From: Psammoneis japonica | Lineage: Eukaryota | Direction of reading: 5' to 3' | Length of the DNA: 64,000 nucleotides | Assembly (NCBI GenBank): GCA_008632985.1 | Contig: QPGO01000030.1 | Location: 62,001-126,000 of the forward strand | Shown here: positions 45,501-59,349 of the stretch, in pieces | Layout: each line of letters starts with the position of its first letter | Numbering within the stretch: position 1 is the first letter of the stretch | The notes under the pieces: model-generated | Databases searched by the model: none | What the model was told of the DNA's origin: nothing | Seen by the model: the letters and a program-made list of their open reading frames with translations, nothing else | Program-made: the position numbers and the translations under genes

Positions 45501-48500
45501 TCACTGCGTATGAGTAGCTTGCTGGACTTGTTGATGACGATGCCCTAAAGGCTGCGAGTCATCAATATCGTCGAACTCCTCGTCTGGGTTATAATCACTC
45601 CCATCCGAGTAGTCCATCGCATCCATAAGCTTGGCAAGAGCGATGATGCTACCGGTCTCCTGCAAGTACATGACAAAGTCGACAGGGGGCTTCCGTTGGC
45701 GTTTAACATTGCCATCAGATGCGCTGGCCTCTTCCGAAACCACCCCACCTTTGCCGCTTTTGTCATTCTTAATCTTCGTTTTGGGCTGAGCGCCCTTTTC
45801 CTGGTTTTCGCCCTCTTTACCAGAAGTGGCAGATCTCGAAGAGAGGGACTCGCTTCCACCGACGTCTATAGATTTTTCCTGCTTGTCAAGGGCGGCCTCT
45901 TTCGAATCCTTCGAGTGAACGGTAGTTGGCGAAGACGGCTGAGGTTGGTTTTGCTGCTTCGCCTTTTTCTGCCGTTGTTTCTCTTTCTTCTTTTGCTTCT
46001 TACTCTTTTTCGAGCTCTTCTTTACTTCCACTTCTTCATCGGCCCACAACTCTTCCTGGTACGACAAGTGGTACTTGCGGCAGTCACAGCTGGAGCACAC
46101 ATAACATTTGCATTCCTCGCAAAAGGTGGCGTCGCTGGTGCGGTGCTTCGAGAATGACTTGTTACATAAGGCGCAATAAACAAAGTGCTGCTTCCAGATG
46201 CGACTCGCACGTTTCGTCACCGCGCTGCTGTTTTGCTTTTCCAGTGCCTTTTCAATCAGTGAGGCACTCACGACTGACGGCCGATTCTCCTCTCCGTCCG
46301 TGGCTTTTGCTTCACCGTTTAGCAGTCGCTCTCTGCGGTCGTCCTCCCGTGTCTCTTCTACCTGAAGCACACGTTCAAGGCCTTCGAGCGCCATCATAAC
46401 CATACTCGGTTCTCCGAGAAGAACGCCTAACACGGAAACACAACCCTCTTCAACGAGAACCTCAATCTGTGAATCACTACCGCAGCTGGTAGCGTTAAGC
46501 ACAACCCAACAGGCCTCGCTTCGCACTTCCTGATCCGTGCTTTTGTTACTCACAAGCTTTACCAGTGGTGGAATCGCACCCGAATTGATAACGGATTGAA
46601 TTTGGTCAACTGTTCCAGCTGCAATGTTGGAGAGAGTCCAGCAAGCTTCCTTCTGAATTTCACGGTTGCTGTGTGTGATGAGATCCTTTAGACGCGGCAC
46701 GGCACTGCAATCAAGAATCACCTCTGTATAGTCCGTTGGACCACTGGATGCTGAACCATGGTTGTTGTCGTCGCTGCACTCGGCACAAACAATATTCCCA
46801 ATGGTGCGTAAAGCGGGTTTTGTGACCCGCCAGCTTGGGTGGACCAAAAGCTCCACGAGTCGCGGAACCAAACCCCCCTTTGGAGCCTTATTTCCTTTGG
46901 TGGTAACTACAGCCGATATATGCGATGATGGGCCATCACACAAATGAGACAAAGTCCAACATGTGTAGCTGAGAACCTCCGCATCGCCCATGAGAAGCAG
47001 CCTTCGAAGCACTGGGATCAGTGTTTCTACGTCAACATCGAAACTACTGGCATTGTTTTTGCTCCCAGATTTTCCATGACTTGACTGCTGAAACAGTCCA
47101 TCCACAATGTTTGAAAGTGTCCAGCTGCCAATCCGTTGGAGCGATAAATTCTGCGGATGGTCCACGAGACACTTCAACAAATTATTCATTATTCCAGCTT
47201 CCAAAAGGACATAGCGTGCCGCAACCGATTTGTCTCGCCCACCATCTCCTGATCCACTTGAAGAAGAACCACCACTGGATCCAGAAGAATCTCCGGCTGC
47301 GATACTCCCAAGAATCCACATTGCTTGCTCGTAAACTTCTCGGTTTGGACTCGACAAAAGAGAAATCAAGGTTGGTATTGCATCCTTATGTCGCAAAAGC
47401 AAATGCTGTGACGATGCAGATAACTGTTGGGGGTAACCAGTGTTGCCACTGACGCCGCCGCCGGAGCTTGACACAGGCGTCGGTGGTGGCAAAAAAGGTG
47501 AGCTACTCGAGCCTGATGCAGACGACAGCAGCGATGATAATTGCTGACCGCTTCCCTTGGAAGCAAAGGTTGAACTCAAGGAAGTCAAAGGGGGAAGGGG
47601 CGCCATGGGAGCTGAGCTAGATGTGCTTTTCCTGTGAGATGCATTCCGATCAGAGGCATCATTAGCAGGTGTCGTCGATGTGGCTTTTGTCTGTTGAATC
47701 GTATTTGTGAGCGTCGCATCCAGCGCCGCTAAAGCCTCTGGAGTCATTTTCTGCGAAAACGATAAAGGAGGGAAAGGAACCTGCCCTTGCGGAGTACTTG
47801 AATAGCTAGAAGACAGGGATTCACTGTCACCAGCCTTCGTACCACTCGTGTAAGAACCGGAGTACAGTAACGGAGACAGAAATGACGCTGAATTGCTCGA
47901 TACCGACTTTGCCGCTGCTGCCGAAGCGGCCTGAGCGGCAGCAGCTGTAACGGCCGCTGATGGCTGCGATTGCGAGTTTTGGTTGTAAGAATGGTTGGCA
48001 CAAAGTTCAGCAATGTTAGTCAGTGCCAACAACGCTTCCATTTGAACAGCCGGTCGATCATGCAAATTCAACCATCCAAGCAACAAGGGGATCCAATTCC
48101 TTTCCTGGACTAAATGCAACAGCTCTCGATTTGTCGGAAGAAGCTGCAAGAGGACGTTTGGGCGAGGTTGACGGAAGTAGGAAGGAGGAAAAGGACAGTT
48201 AGTGATCGCGAAACTATTTTTGAAATTTTGATGACGCCAGAGCGAGAGAAGGTGCGACTCCGGATGACGTCAAACATATAACAGCGAATACTTGGAATAT
48301 TTCTGATTGGCGAGCTGTATCCGGCTGTTTATGGAGAATCTCTGAATAACATAAACAGACGTGTAGATCATAAAAAATTGCACTTTCTCGTCTTCCCTCC
48401 GCCGCCTCGCGAAAATGAACATGGGGAGCTTACCTGCCGTAATTTTCTTGCGGTTTGAAGCTGTAGCTCAGCAATGGCGTCGTCGGAGGGTAGTTCAAGG

Positions 48501-48673
48501 TTCCCCTCTTCCGCAGTTGTTGTATCACTTAAGCCTTTGGAGACAAATTCATCGAGTTCTTTCGCCAATCGGTGTGTTCCGGCAGTAATATCTATCGGTT
48601 GGTTCTCATTGCTACCGTCGCTCACTGATCCTTCCGGATCTTCCGACTTGTTTAGTTTTGAGGATGATGGCAT
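45501..48673 (-). CDS. Importin-alpha-like ARM protein with C-terminal Cys-rich motif
   Basis: EQAMWILGSIA, CWTLSHL, PALRTIGNIV, IQKEACWTLSNIAAG..DQIQ.VI, EACW. Short 5' exons (first donor near 48433). Start inferred. Confidence 0.85.
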
Positions 48674-49159
48674 GATATCATTCAGAGATGAGTGTTCTGG
48701 CCAATCTTTCTTCGTTGTCGAGGCTTCTTGGTCTCGTTCTTCCGAGTCAGTCTGGTGCGTAGCGCGCTTTTTGTGCCTGTTGAATTTGGACCAAGATTGC
48801 TTTCCTAACCGTTCGCGAGCACCAAACACGAGGGTCTGTTTTTATTGTGTTGTCTCTCTCGAATCTGCTGTATCTCGTTATCGTTGTAGAACTTGTTGGA
48901 CGTTGCAGGGTTGTGAATGAATCGATTTCTTGGAATTCGATTTTCCACTCCAGCCAACTCGAATTCGCACGTGGAGCGATTTCGTGGTATTGAATCTAAG
49001 ATAGAACTCATGTATGTACAAATTTACGTAAACTTCATGGTATCAGTTATGCGCGCGGCGCGCACACGCATCTCACACACGGTCTGGTGGGTGTCGCCAC
49101 ATACACGGAGGCGACACCCCCCGCCCGACCCATTGTGGTGCCGTTGCGTCCTTCCATGA

Positions 49160-50480
49160 CTCAGTCGCAGCAGTCACTGACCACCCTGGGCAAGTGTTTT
49201 TGGTGAATGAACAAGTGTGCATGTGTTTGTGTGTGCATGTGTGTGTGTGTGTGTTTGTGAGCAGCTCTGTGGTGTTTGGTCGCAGGGGGTGGCTGTGAGA
49301 GCTCCTGGTGCTTGGTGACACTCGGGCCCCAGCCGGAAGCTCATGCATGATGTGGTGTGGCAGCGGCTCCAACGATGACTTGTTCAAAAGCTCTGATGGG
49401 CTTGGGAACTCATGCAATGGCTCTTCCTCCACAAAAAGGATTCACAACTTTTTGTGCTGTTGTCAGCTGTGAGGTGTTCCAGCCCTGGGCGCCAGTGCTT
49501 CTTGCAATGTTGCTGGGCCCACAGCATTCTGCATTTGAGCTCAGCAGCAAAAATCATCAGGTGATGTGTTCTGGCCCCAGGCAGGGCTGCTTGTGACACA
49601 TTGGGCCCATTGAAAAACTTCCAGTGTAAGCTCTGCAGCAAAGTCATTCTTCAGCAACTGGAGTGTGATGGTGAGTGACTGCCAACAGGAAAAAGAGGCA
49701 ATTTTGTAAATGTGCAAACTCCTCCACACTTGAAACTTGAAGCACATTGTTTCCAGTTTGCCTGGGTGCACCCTCCAGACATTAAAGAACATGCCCAACC
49801 CATTTTTGTTCTCACCAATGAGAGCGCAACAGAAAGCCTTTGGCTCCACAAAACAGGGGCAAGAAAAAAATGCAAAAGCGCAGCACCCAGAAATGTGCAG
49901 GCTTGATGAACAGCATGACAAAAAAACTTTGATGTCACAGTGCAGCATTGCAAGGTTCCACCTGGAGCTGGAATGCATCAGCTGTTGAGCATGTGAGCGA
50001 TTGCCAACCAAAAAAGAGGCAATTCTGTGGGTGCACCAACTCCTCCACACTTGAAGCACATCATTTTTGGTTTGCCCTGAGCTCACTTCTGTTCTCACAA
50101 GCAGGCAAAATGAAAAGCATTTGGCTTTGCAAAACAGGGAGCATGAGACAATTTTGCAGATGACGCACACGGCACATGACCAAAAAACTCTCCATGTGCC
50201 ACAGAGAGCAGCAGCAGTGCTGGGTTCCACCTGGAACTGGAGCACCTTGTGCATGCCTGTTCGCTGTGCAGTGGTCAGTGCCCTCCCTCCCCTCCCAAAG
50301 CCTGAAGGGCTTGTTCTTTCTGTGAGTGGAGTGTGCAAGTGAGTCAGTGGCTCTGAGTTTGGCTGTGTGGGGCATGTGAAGTCCGGACTGGGCCGACCCG
50401 TGCAACGACCATTCCTGTGAAAACGATGGAACTTTGCACTGTCAGTCATGATGTCGCACCATGTCATGTTTGGTTTGTTC
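49160..50480. other. TpA/CpG-depleted block with internal direct repeats and a (TG)n tract; probable non-autonomous repeat
   Basis: TGCCAAC..AAAAAGAGGCAATT....AACTCCTCCACACTTGAA at ~49680 and ~50002; GGTTCCACCTGGA.CTGGA at ~49954 and ~50223; TG-rich tract 49215-49258. Confidence 0.75.
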
Positions 50481-50691
50481 ACAGAGGGCCCTGGCGTCAC
50501 CGTGAGTGGTCAGTCCCCCCTCAAAGGGCTAGTTTTAGTGAGTTTGGACTCTGGAGTTGCTCCAAGAGGCTCTCTACTAGAGTGGTAGACACTACAGTTC
50601 CCCTGTCATTGAATGGGGTATTGATGCTCTGTGCAATGCTGTTTTGTTCACTAACGGGGAGGACATTTTGATCAGATTCTGGTCAGATTGC

Positions 50692-53600
50692 TCATTTTGG
50701 TGACCACATTCCAAGCCTGAATGGGAGGTGACCCGGCCACATGATTGTCAGTTCCAGATTTACAATAGAGTGAAAAGTCAACAGATATGCATGTCACCAG
50801 AATTGTCGTACCTTGTTTCAAACTGTAGTCGACGCAGCGTTACCGCTCGCTTCTCGTGTTTGTCATCGTATGCTTTAACGGCCTCAGCACAAACAACACA
50901 CAGAAATGGCATTACAACCGCCAAAAAGAAGAAGTACCACGGCAATGCAGCGAATGTTCCATCTTCGAGACTTAACAATAGATATATTGCCACCAGCATT
51001 ATTGTAGCTACCACGGAGTATATCCACGCATGATTCTTTCTCCATGGTTGCTCACGCCAAATTGGTATTGATCGATATACGAAAGACGATGATGTCAGGG
51101 CAACACAAAGAACCAACTCTGCAAGTATCAGTGACCCAGCTGAAGTTCTGGCTCCTCCGGAATATTCCCTTAGCCCACCACACCGAACAAGTGAGACCCA
51201 GCCCAAATCCTCAATCTCGCCATCAGCAGCGCATAGAGAGAGAACTAGTTCTGGCTCAAACTCTATCATGAGTTCGCCAAAAGCAATATAGTACAGCAAC
51301 TGAGGCAAAACAGAAGGAGCAAGTGCTTTGAGGAAAGCATTCGTGTACAATCGCTTGCCCTCGTCACGCGAAAAAACAACAGACTGATCGTTCTTTGGAG
51401 GGACCCTGTTCATCGAGTGCTTGTCCGGATCAGTCATTGCCAGAGCGAGGCCAATCAATGGCAGGGTGAGTTGCAGGTACAGCACCGAGCCCAGAGTTGG
51501 CGCGTAATGTATTGTTGTCGAAAACGAGCAGGTACAAAAGAGAATGTAGAGAGAAAAGGAGAAACAACCAAAAACCAGAAACATGGCTGATGAGGTTGTC
51601 GCGTCTTGCAAAGAGACAAAGCAGGGTAGAGGTTGAGCGCCACAATGGAGAATGAAGGGCAAATGATTTGACCAAAGTTTTTGACACACCTAGTGCAGCA
51701 CGTGCACGTTGTATAATGTACGGCATCAGAGACGTGGTCGAGGCTCCAAGAAGAGTAAAAACACAAGAGTGTGCCGCAATGGCAGACACGAACGTGATCT
51801 CACAAGGGAGAACAGAGTGAAATGAGTGGACCCCACGTATTCTCGACGGCAAAGGATCCCGGTCAGCTACCTCTGTCAGGGTGTCGACGCCCACCGCCAA
51901 GTCTGAGGCCGCAAAAATGCTAGCGTTGCGTGGCAGGTGAGATAGTCCCATTGTAACTACTGTGTCGCTGTAGTCTTGGAAGGTCTTCACCTGGGAAATT
52001 CACGTCGAAAGTCAAATATATTGGAAATGCGCGGATCAAACAAATATGCAAGAAAGACAGTGCTGGAACCTTACCATTTCCGTTGTTGTCGCCTTCGTGA
52101 CATCGGTAAAGAGGCTAACTAATAAAGGCACGTTGTCTACCTCTTTCAAGTGACGCCGAACAGCTAAAATCCCGTGTGGTAACTTTGCGTTTACATCCCA
52201 GTCCGCGTAGGTCGATGTCATGCGATATTTATCTTCTTCTCCTTCGTCTAATGGCCTCAGTGAAATTGCGCAATTCCATGCAACATCAATGCCCACACCA
52301 CTTGCCAGTTCTTTTGTACGTCTCATGTTGCGTGGAGAGAAATAGACAAACCGAACACCAGCGTCGTTGAATGCTTCGATCAACGGTTCTATCTCTCTCC
52401 TCGGCACTACGGATGAACCGAGTACCCCAAGGAATATTTGATTCTTAATGAGAACCCAGTCTTCGGACGCACCACCAATCGACTCTTTGGGTGAGGAGTT
52501 ATCAACCAAATACAGCTGCAGAGCAACAAAACTCCGAATAAGTGAATGCGTGCAGTGTGTGGGGGGTTCAACACGTTGGAACATCACGGCACTTACTGTT
52601 TTTCCATTTGCATGGCGCTTCGAAAGCTTCCCAACCCTTTGATCTAGAGTATGAGGAATTGGTGAGTAGCAAAACGCAGCAACATCTAAATCGGCGAGAC
52701 TCCAGTTGGAACTCGTGTCTAAGATGCTAGATTTGTCCTTCGAACTCAGAGGGAAAATCGTAGAATTCTCGCCTTGCCACGCTTCTTGGCACAGTTCAGT
52801 AACAACCCTGGGATCTCCGACTGTTAGAAGCTGATAGCCTCTCGACCGACGATCCTGTATAATGACTGAAGTGGAATCTGCTCGAAGATCTCCCCAGCTT
52901 CGAGATTCTTCCAGACCCAGCGCGTGGGCGTCCGTTTCCAACCGTTCATTTAGCAGTCGAGTCGCAATAACATGTAGCCGCATCAACTCTCGAAATGGAC
53001 TCAAATCTCCCCGATGACCAAAAGTATTTCCTTCTGTGGAAAATCCAATGCAGCGCGCAAGCGATTGAAGTTGACTACGGCTTCTCTCTGAGCAAATATG
53101 CGCCGAGAGAGACTGTTCAATCTCCCCTATCGCTTGATCAAACAAGATCGATCCATCTTTAGAATTCGTGCCTGCGGCAAACGTCGCCAAGGGCTTCTTC
53201 GAAGCAGTTGAAGACGCCTCTGATATTCCCCTCAAAGATTGTGCACCTTGACTCTCTAGAACGGGAAGTGGCTTGCCTTTAGAACTCCCAAGCGAATGAA
53301 AGGATCCACCTCGTGTCAATGATTTACCACTTCTCGATTTATGAGGATCATCAACGAGTAGACAAGCCAACCCAATACACTTCAGAGATGGCAGGTGTTG
53401 CCACCATTGCGGATCCTCAAACTGCACGTCATTGTCGTCTGACGGCTTAAATTCGTTTTGGCTTGAAGACGATATATCTGAAAGGATTCTACTGGCCTTC
53501 ATTATGTTGCCAAGCCTCAAGGCTTTCAGTTTCTTCCTTGGTAACGTAGTGTGCTGGTACTGCTGTTCTTCGTCCGAATCTGAATCACCTTGTGCCGGAC

Positions 53601-55373
53601 TTTTATCTACGTCGCTTTCGTCCTCGAAGTCGTCTTCGGAGAATCGACACAAATCAAGTAGTTTGAGTCCTTTTCCAGACGGTATTAGTAGCTGCTGAGG
53701 GGATGAATGTGGTTCGCAGACCAATTCATCGTCCACCAAAGAAAACGCTGTGGCAACACCCAACTTCTCTAATAGACATACTGAGGCAGGCGGAACATGC
53801 ATAATAAGTCCTGATGAGGCCATTCCATGCTCGTCGTGTGCACTACCGTTGTTGGATAAGTTCCCGGAACTTCCTCTCGAAAGTCTTCCAAGCACTTCTC
53901 TATGTTGATGTTCTGGCGCGCGAAATGAGAGACGAGATGAAGCCGTAGCCAAACAATACCGAAGAAATAACATCTTTTCGGACTGTTCATTACCGATAGA
54001 TTCATCTCGAAAATTGCTACGCATTGATGCGTGCGGGTGAACTGCCACAAGGATCCGACTGGTTCCAAATACTTCCAAGAAGAAGGCACAGGTTGGTGTC
54101 ATGACTGGAAGAAGCCCCAGCGCTGCTAGAAATGGAAGTGGCAGGATGATCGAGAGGTCTCTTTCCAAAACATGGGGCCGAACGAAAATTATAACAAAAG
54201 TAAGAACAAAGAAAGCGGTAGCCATAAGAAAAAGTGCCCTTCGGATGTCTTTAATTTGCCTGTGTAATTGAGGAGGCCTATGATCCACTGCAAAAACGAG
54301 ACATCGGCATTTTAAGTGGGAGAAGATGAGATAACTCGACTCATTCCCGACAGAGAGGTGATGCGGCAGAAGCTTTCTTGCGGCGCGTATTTGGTGAACT
54401 CACCTGGACGAGGGCTCAAAAAATCTTTCAGTGGCGTTTCTTGCACGATGAATATTCTCTTATGGTTGCACAATGATAGCAAATCACGCTCACTAGATAG
54501 CGTACTCTTTCCTCGAGGAAGCGCCGACAATGCACTTTTTACTTCGTTGCCGAGAGACTCAAGTGTCAAGCGTTCACCAGCAGCAACCGTAATGGGCGTG
54601 ATTATACTTCCACCTCTTCCAGTTTTCATCATTATACATGTTGCCGGGGCGATGTCGCCTATCTGCAATGCAATGTAGTCCCCTTTGGCCAAAAGGAGAG
54701 TTGGAACACAGTGCCAAGCCCCTTCCACCGAAGCATCAGATGTTGATTTGCGATACGTAGGGTAAATGTCTGTGAGTGACGTCCCTGACAGTGGAATCGA
54801 ATCTACTTCGGAACTCTGTCCTCGCGGAGATCCAAAATCGGAATGAAGGCTGCCGTCAACATAATCTTCATTAGATTTTTCCATGGCCACCAAGAACTTG
54901 GCTATCGTGTGTCGCTTTGCGACGTCGCTATCTTTCTTACACGTCGCGTTTCGTCGGTACATTAAGATTATACTTAGGAGCGCCCCTGAGACAAAGATGG
55001 CTGACCCGGCAATTTGGGCCTTGTACACGTCGATATCAGCACGCACGTTCAATGCGGAATCGGATCCTTCTTTCGCTGCGTTGTAAGATATGCACGATAA
55101 AACCAACAGCGCCAATGAAACCGGAAGAGCAGCCGCGTAAAAATCGGCATTATAACGAAGCCACCACGACAATCGTGAAGACTTCTCGCCATGGTCACAG
55201 CGATTGCCTTGTGATACGGGAAGATCCGACCTGATATATTCCTCAAGTTCGCGTCGGACGCAACGCCGAGCTTGGTCCCAGGACAGCGGCCCCTCATCAA
55301 CACATAATGAGCTTCTTTTTTCCTTCCCGGTTTCTATACTGGAATCTAGTGCCTTGGTGGCATCTGAATTCAT
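50692..55373 (-). CDS. TMEM94: TMEM94-like P-type-ATPase-related membrane protein (multi-exon)
   Basis: RFVYFS, WNCAISL, AKLPHGI..VRRHL..VDNVPLLVSLFTD, and C-terminal LQFETR|LGMWSPK* joined across an intron (last exon 50692-50716). Confidence 0.88.
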
Positions 55374-55530
55374 TGCAAGATGGAGTTATCTACACACGAA
55401 GTAGTCTCAAATGAGGTTGAGTAACAGCAGCACCCTCAGCTCCTGCTCATGGCGTCAAACCGCAAAAAAGTGAAAAGTACATAGATGTAAATCATCAGAT
55501 ACGGTACGGTCTCCCGTGCTTTTCGAATTG

Positions 55531-55540
55531 ATGACGTCAC
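55531..55540. promoter_or_regulatory. CRE-like TGACGTCA palindrome upstream of TMEM94-like gene
   Basis: ATGACGTCAC about 160 bp upstream of the ATG. Confidence 0.35.
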
Positions 55541-55579
55541 GTGCCTGTTGGTCTACCGTACTGGATCTAACTGCGCTGA

Positions 55580-56650
55580 CTAAAACTGCTGTCTGTTTGC
55601 CTTGTGCTGGCACCAACTTCCAGGCAGTTGAGAGCCCCAAACACATCCTCTCCACAGACGAGTTCATGGTGTGGCCGCGGTTCTTCTTGGACCTTGTGGC
55701 TGTCTTCTTTTGCCAGACGTGAGCATTTTTCACCTTTGCAGCACCTGCATGCTCTCTTTGCTCTGCTTGATCTTTCAGATTTTTTTGGTGAAGACAGCAC
55801 TCACAAAAACCAAGTTGAGTTTGAGCCTCGCTTTCAACTGCTGCCTGCTGCATCTTGTGAAGGGATCGGTTGGGGGCGGTTGGGTTCTGGGTGGTCTGGC
55901 ACAGCCACTTGCCTTCAGAAGAAGAAAATCAAACAGGCACAAGTGCTCCCACTTGCTCACATTAGGAGATGTCTTCAGGTGATCATGCGTGTGCGCAAGA
56001 CTCTGAAAAGTCAGGTGTGCCTTTGTGTGCATCTCGCTTGTGTGTGCAGTCAATGAGAGAGGTGCAGCCAGTGCATGTTGGCAGCAATGCTGCACAGAAG
56101 AGGCCAGATGGCCAGGGTGCAACTTCTTTTTGTGAACATTTGTGAGAAGCTTGTGCTTTGTGCTGAGGGTGGCTTGCAGCCCCTGCCGAGAAACTTGTGC
56201 ACCTTGCAAGCTCCCAATGCAATGGGGGTTGTTGCTGCCAAACAAGAGGGCAAATCAGCAGACAAATCTCCCTGCACCTTGCTTCTCTCACCCACTCCAA
56301 ATGGATTTGGGTGAGCTCAAGTGCTTGTTGATGGTCAAAATGACAGTGGGGGGTGACAGGGGGGGGATCATCATCCACAAAGCATCAGTTTTTCAACGCA
56401 TTGAAGAAAAAATGTGGCAAAAAGGTTGTGCTGTGTTCTTCACTGAAAACGAGACACCCCAGCTGGAGCTCAAGTGCAAACACCAAATGCGCCAAAAGGA
56501 TGCCCCCGCATGCAGGATTGGGTGCTTTACATGGTTCATTCCAATTAGAATTGGTCATTGTTGTGGCTTTGCTTGCGGTTCACATTGCTCAATTTCTCAT
56601 GCATGTGCGATGAAACGCGTGTTTGTTGTTATTTGCCTGTGTCCATGCCA
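55580..56650. other. TpA/CpG-depleted block
   Basis: Very few TA; Cys/His-rich, Tyr-free ORFs. Confidence 0.8.
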
Positions 56651-56847
56651 TGAATGACATCGCCCTTTTCGACAAGTTTTGTATTCTTTTACATTTGAGA
56701 TTGCGATGAGCTTTGGGCACTAGAGTAGAATGACATGAGGCAACCACTTCTGCCATCGCTACCTATGACATGCAACACAATACTCAGAATTAAAGCCCCA
56801 TAGGACCATGCCTCATTCCTATGGCGAGTAAGAACGGGATTCAATCT

Positions 56848-58883
56848 TTACCCGCTAAGTCCAACCTCGCGTTCTGGCACTGTGAGAGTTTGAAAGTCAC
56901 CTGCAAAATCATCATTAGGAATCCTTCCTCCAAAGACTAGCACCTTCCCGTTGACGAGCACACTCTTGTGGCCAACACGTTTGTCGCCCCCATTTGCAGC
57001 AACACACTCGTCACCTGAGAAAACAGGCCATGGACCAACACTCCAAGTCCAGGTTTCTGTATCCAAGATGAAACTGTCACTAAATATCGTGTCCTCCTCC
57101 TCTTCATCATCGTCCCCATCTGCGGTCGGATCCCATCCACCATAAATGAGAATCGACTTGTTGTCGTCCAACAGGGTCGCACAGTGTCCGGTGCGTGGCG
57201 ACGGAAGCGCGCCCGTGGCCTTTGGGTGCGACCACATCCATTTCTTCCCGTCTGTTTCCAATACGTGGATCGTGTTGAAGCTTGACGTGCTGCCGTTTCC
57301 GCCAAAAATGACAAGCCTATTGGCTTGTCCGCCGCTGACAGCCGTGGCTGAATGGTAGGACCTTGGACGCGGAGCGTCACCACAAATCTTGGGGCTGCTC
57401 CATTTCCAGCGAGCAATGTCCAGCACGGCGACAGAATTCTGCCATTTAGATCCCTTCACTCCACCAAACACAACCAGTTCATTTGAGTTGGGAAGTAAAG
57501 TGGCAGAGTGTCCGCTCCTACCGCTCGGGATGGTCCCAGAAACGCTCGGAGGATACCACAGCATGATTTCGGTATCGAGAACCATAACTTGATCGGTTGT
57601 CGAAATCTTGCCCGTCTTTGGATTGGGGGACTCGCCTCCAAAGGAAATCAATAAATTACGATCGGGAAGGTACGTAGCTGAATGCCACTGACGAGCAACT
57701 CCTTCGCAGTTGACCGGCTGGTACCACGTGCCCTTTGCCACGTCATAAACATGAAGGTCAGACAAGGTCTTGGTCTTTTGCGCCTTTCGATCAATGGACT
57801 GTCCTCCATAGACCAGGATACGATTTCCGTTAATCGCCGTCATAGTGTGACCCCAACGCGGGGACGGTGGAGGAGGCCCTTTAGGGGCAGAAGGTGTCGC
57901 GATCAGTGGAGCCGATAGAGCGAGCCCTCCAGCATCCACGCTTTCTTCTTGCGTCGCCACGATGGTGTCTTCTTCGTCCAGGCTTGCCGAATCTTCCTTA
58001 TCAAGAACACTCGAAGACGCAGCCGAAACATCATCCTGAAGCAAACTCGTGGATGCGTTGTTCATGGACGAAGAAAGCGGAGCCGTGTCCATAATGTCGA
58101 TGCCATCAATATCTACACTACTCTGAGACGGGCAAGATAACTGCGAAATCTGGCCCAAGGGGATCGGCTCATCTGGAAGAGACTCAGCCGAAGTATTCCG
58201 TTTGCTTTTCTTGTTTGGCATCGGTGACGGCTGAGGGTTTGGATCGATATCAGGGACGCTTCTCTTTTGCTGACGTGCGTCTCCGTCTTTCTTGGATGGT
58301 TTCAATGGCAGTCCCCTGGAATGAGACGTGATTGGGGTGGCCGCAGTCTAGAAATTGAAACAAAAAGAACTCACACAAATCAGCTATGTTCATGAAACTT
58401 ACGAATCAGGTATGCTCATGCGTATAAGAAAGAAGACAACATCAACTCTCACTCAGTACGTACCGCTGACGATTGTGCATTCGCTCTCCGGTTGGAAGAG
58501 TCGCCCTTGTTTGAGACAAATGGGAGCAACTGTTGCCTTGGCGATACCTTGGTGGAAGCGGCTGCAAAGTTTGTCGTGACGGGTGACTCAGGCTCTTCCT
58601 CGACAGTAGCTGACATGGCACTGCCATCCATAGTCACGCAAAGAGTACCTGTAAAGGATGCAAGATTCAAGACCATGCCATTCGCCGCTCCAGGCATTAC
58701 GGAAATGAGTGGCGCGCTGTTGCTTCTAGCTTTCTCTAAATTGCCTGAATCGGGAGTGAGCTGAAAGTTTACGCCTCCAAATGACAGCGTGAATGCTGTG
58801 TTCGACGTTGGAGGAGACTGCTGCGCTTCTTCGCTGATAGACGAAGCGCTCAATAGACTCGTTTCGCATAACTTTGACACCAT
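56848..58883 (-). CDS. Kelch-repeat beta-propeller protein with disordered N-terminus
   Basis: PRWGHT..YGG, RQWHSA..FGG, RSGHSA..FGG, PRSYHSA..FGG, PRTGHCA..YGG, RVGH..FGG. Intron about 58461-58348. Confidence 0.9.
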
Positions 58884-59058
58884 GATGGCTTCTGAACAGA
58901 GGAAGGAATTGCAACCTTATTCGATGCTTCTTCTCTGTTTGCTGCTTTCTGCTTCGAGCTTGCTACTTCTATATTATGTTCGTTTGTGTTTGTGTCGGTG
59001 TGAAAGTTGGTGGAAGTTGGAAGTTCGAGCAGAGAAATCAATCGATGCGACTGCAGTG

Positions 59059-59070
59059 GATGACGTCATC
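59059..59070. promoter_or_regulatory. 12-bp palindrome GATGACGTCATC (bZIP/CRE-like)
   Basis: Perfect palindrome about 180 bp upstream of the kelch gene ATG. Confidence 0.4.
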
Positions 59071-59349
59071 TGGATGGAGTCTACGTAGAAATGTACGAGA
59101 ATGCTACGTAAAAATTTTTTGGCGCGAGAGTTGACCGACTCGATTGGTTTTGAGATGACTGTACAGTGGAGAAGAGGGCTTGAGACCACAACTTGTAGCG
59201 CCGCTCTCTCAAGAGAGTAACCAGGAATCATCTCAATATACCGTGTAGTAATTGAATAAACCCTTACCCTCTAAACTACGGATGACTGTACTGCCACCGT
59301 GCGGTGTCTCCACCTCTACCTCACAGTCGTGGGGCCGTCAGTTTTGTGA

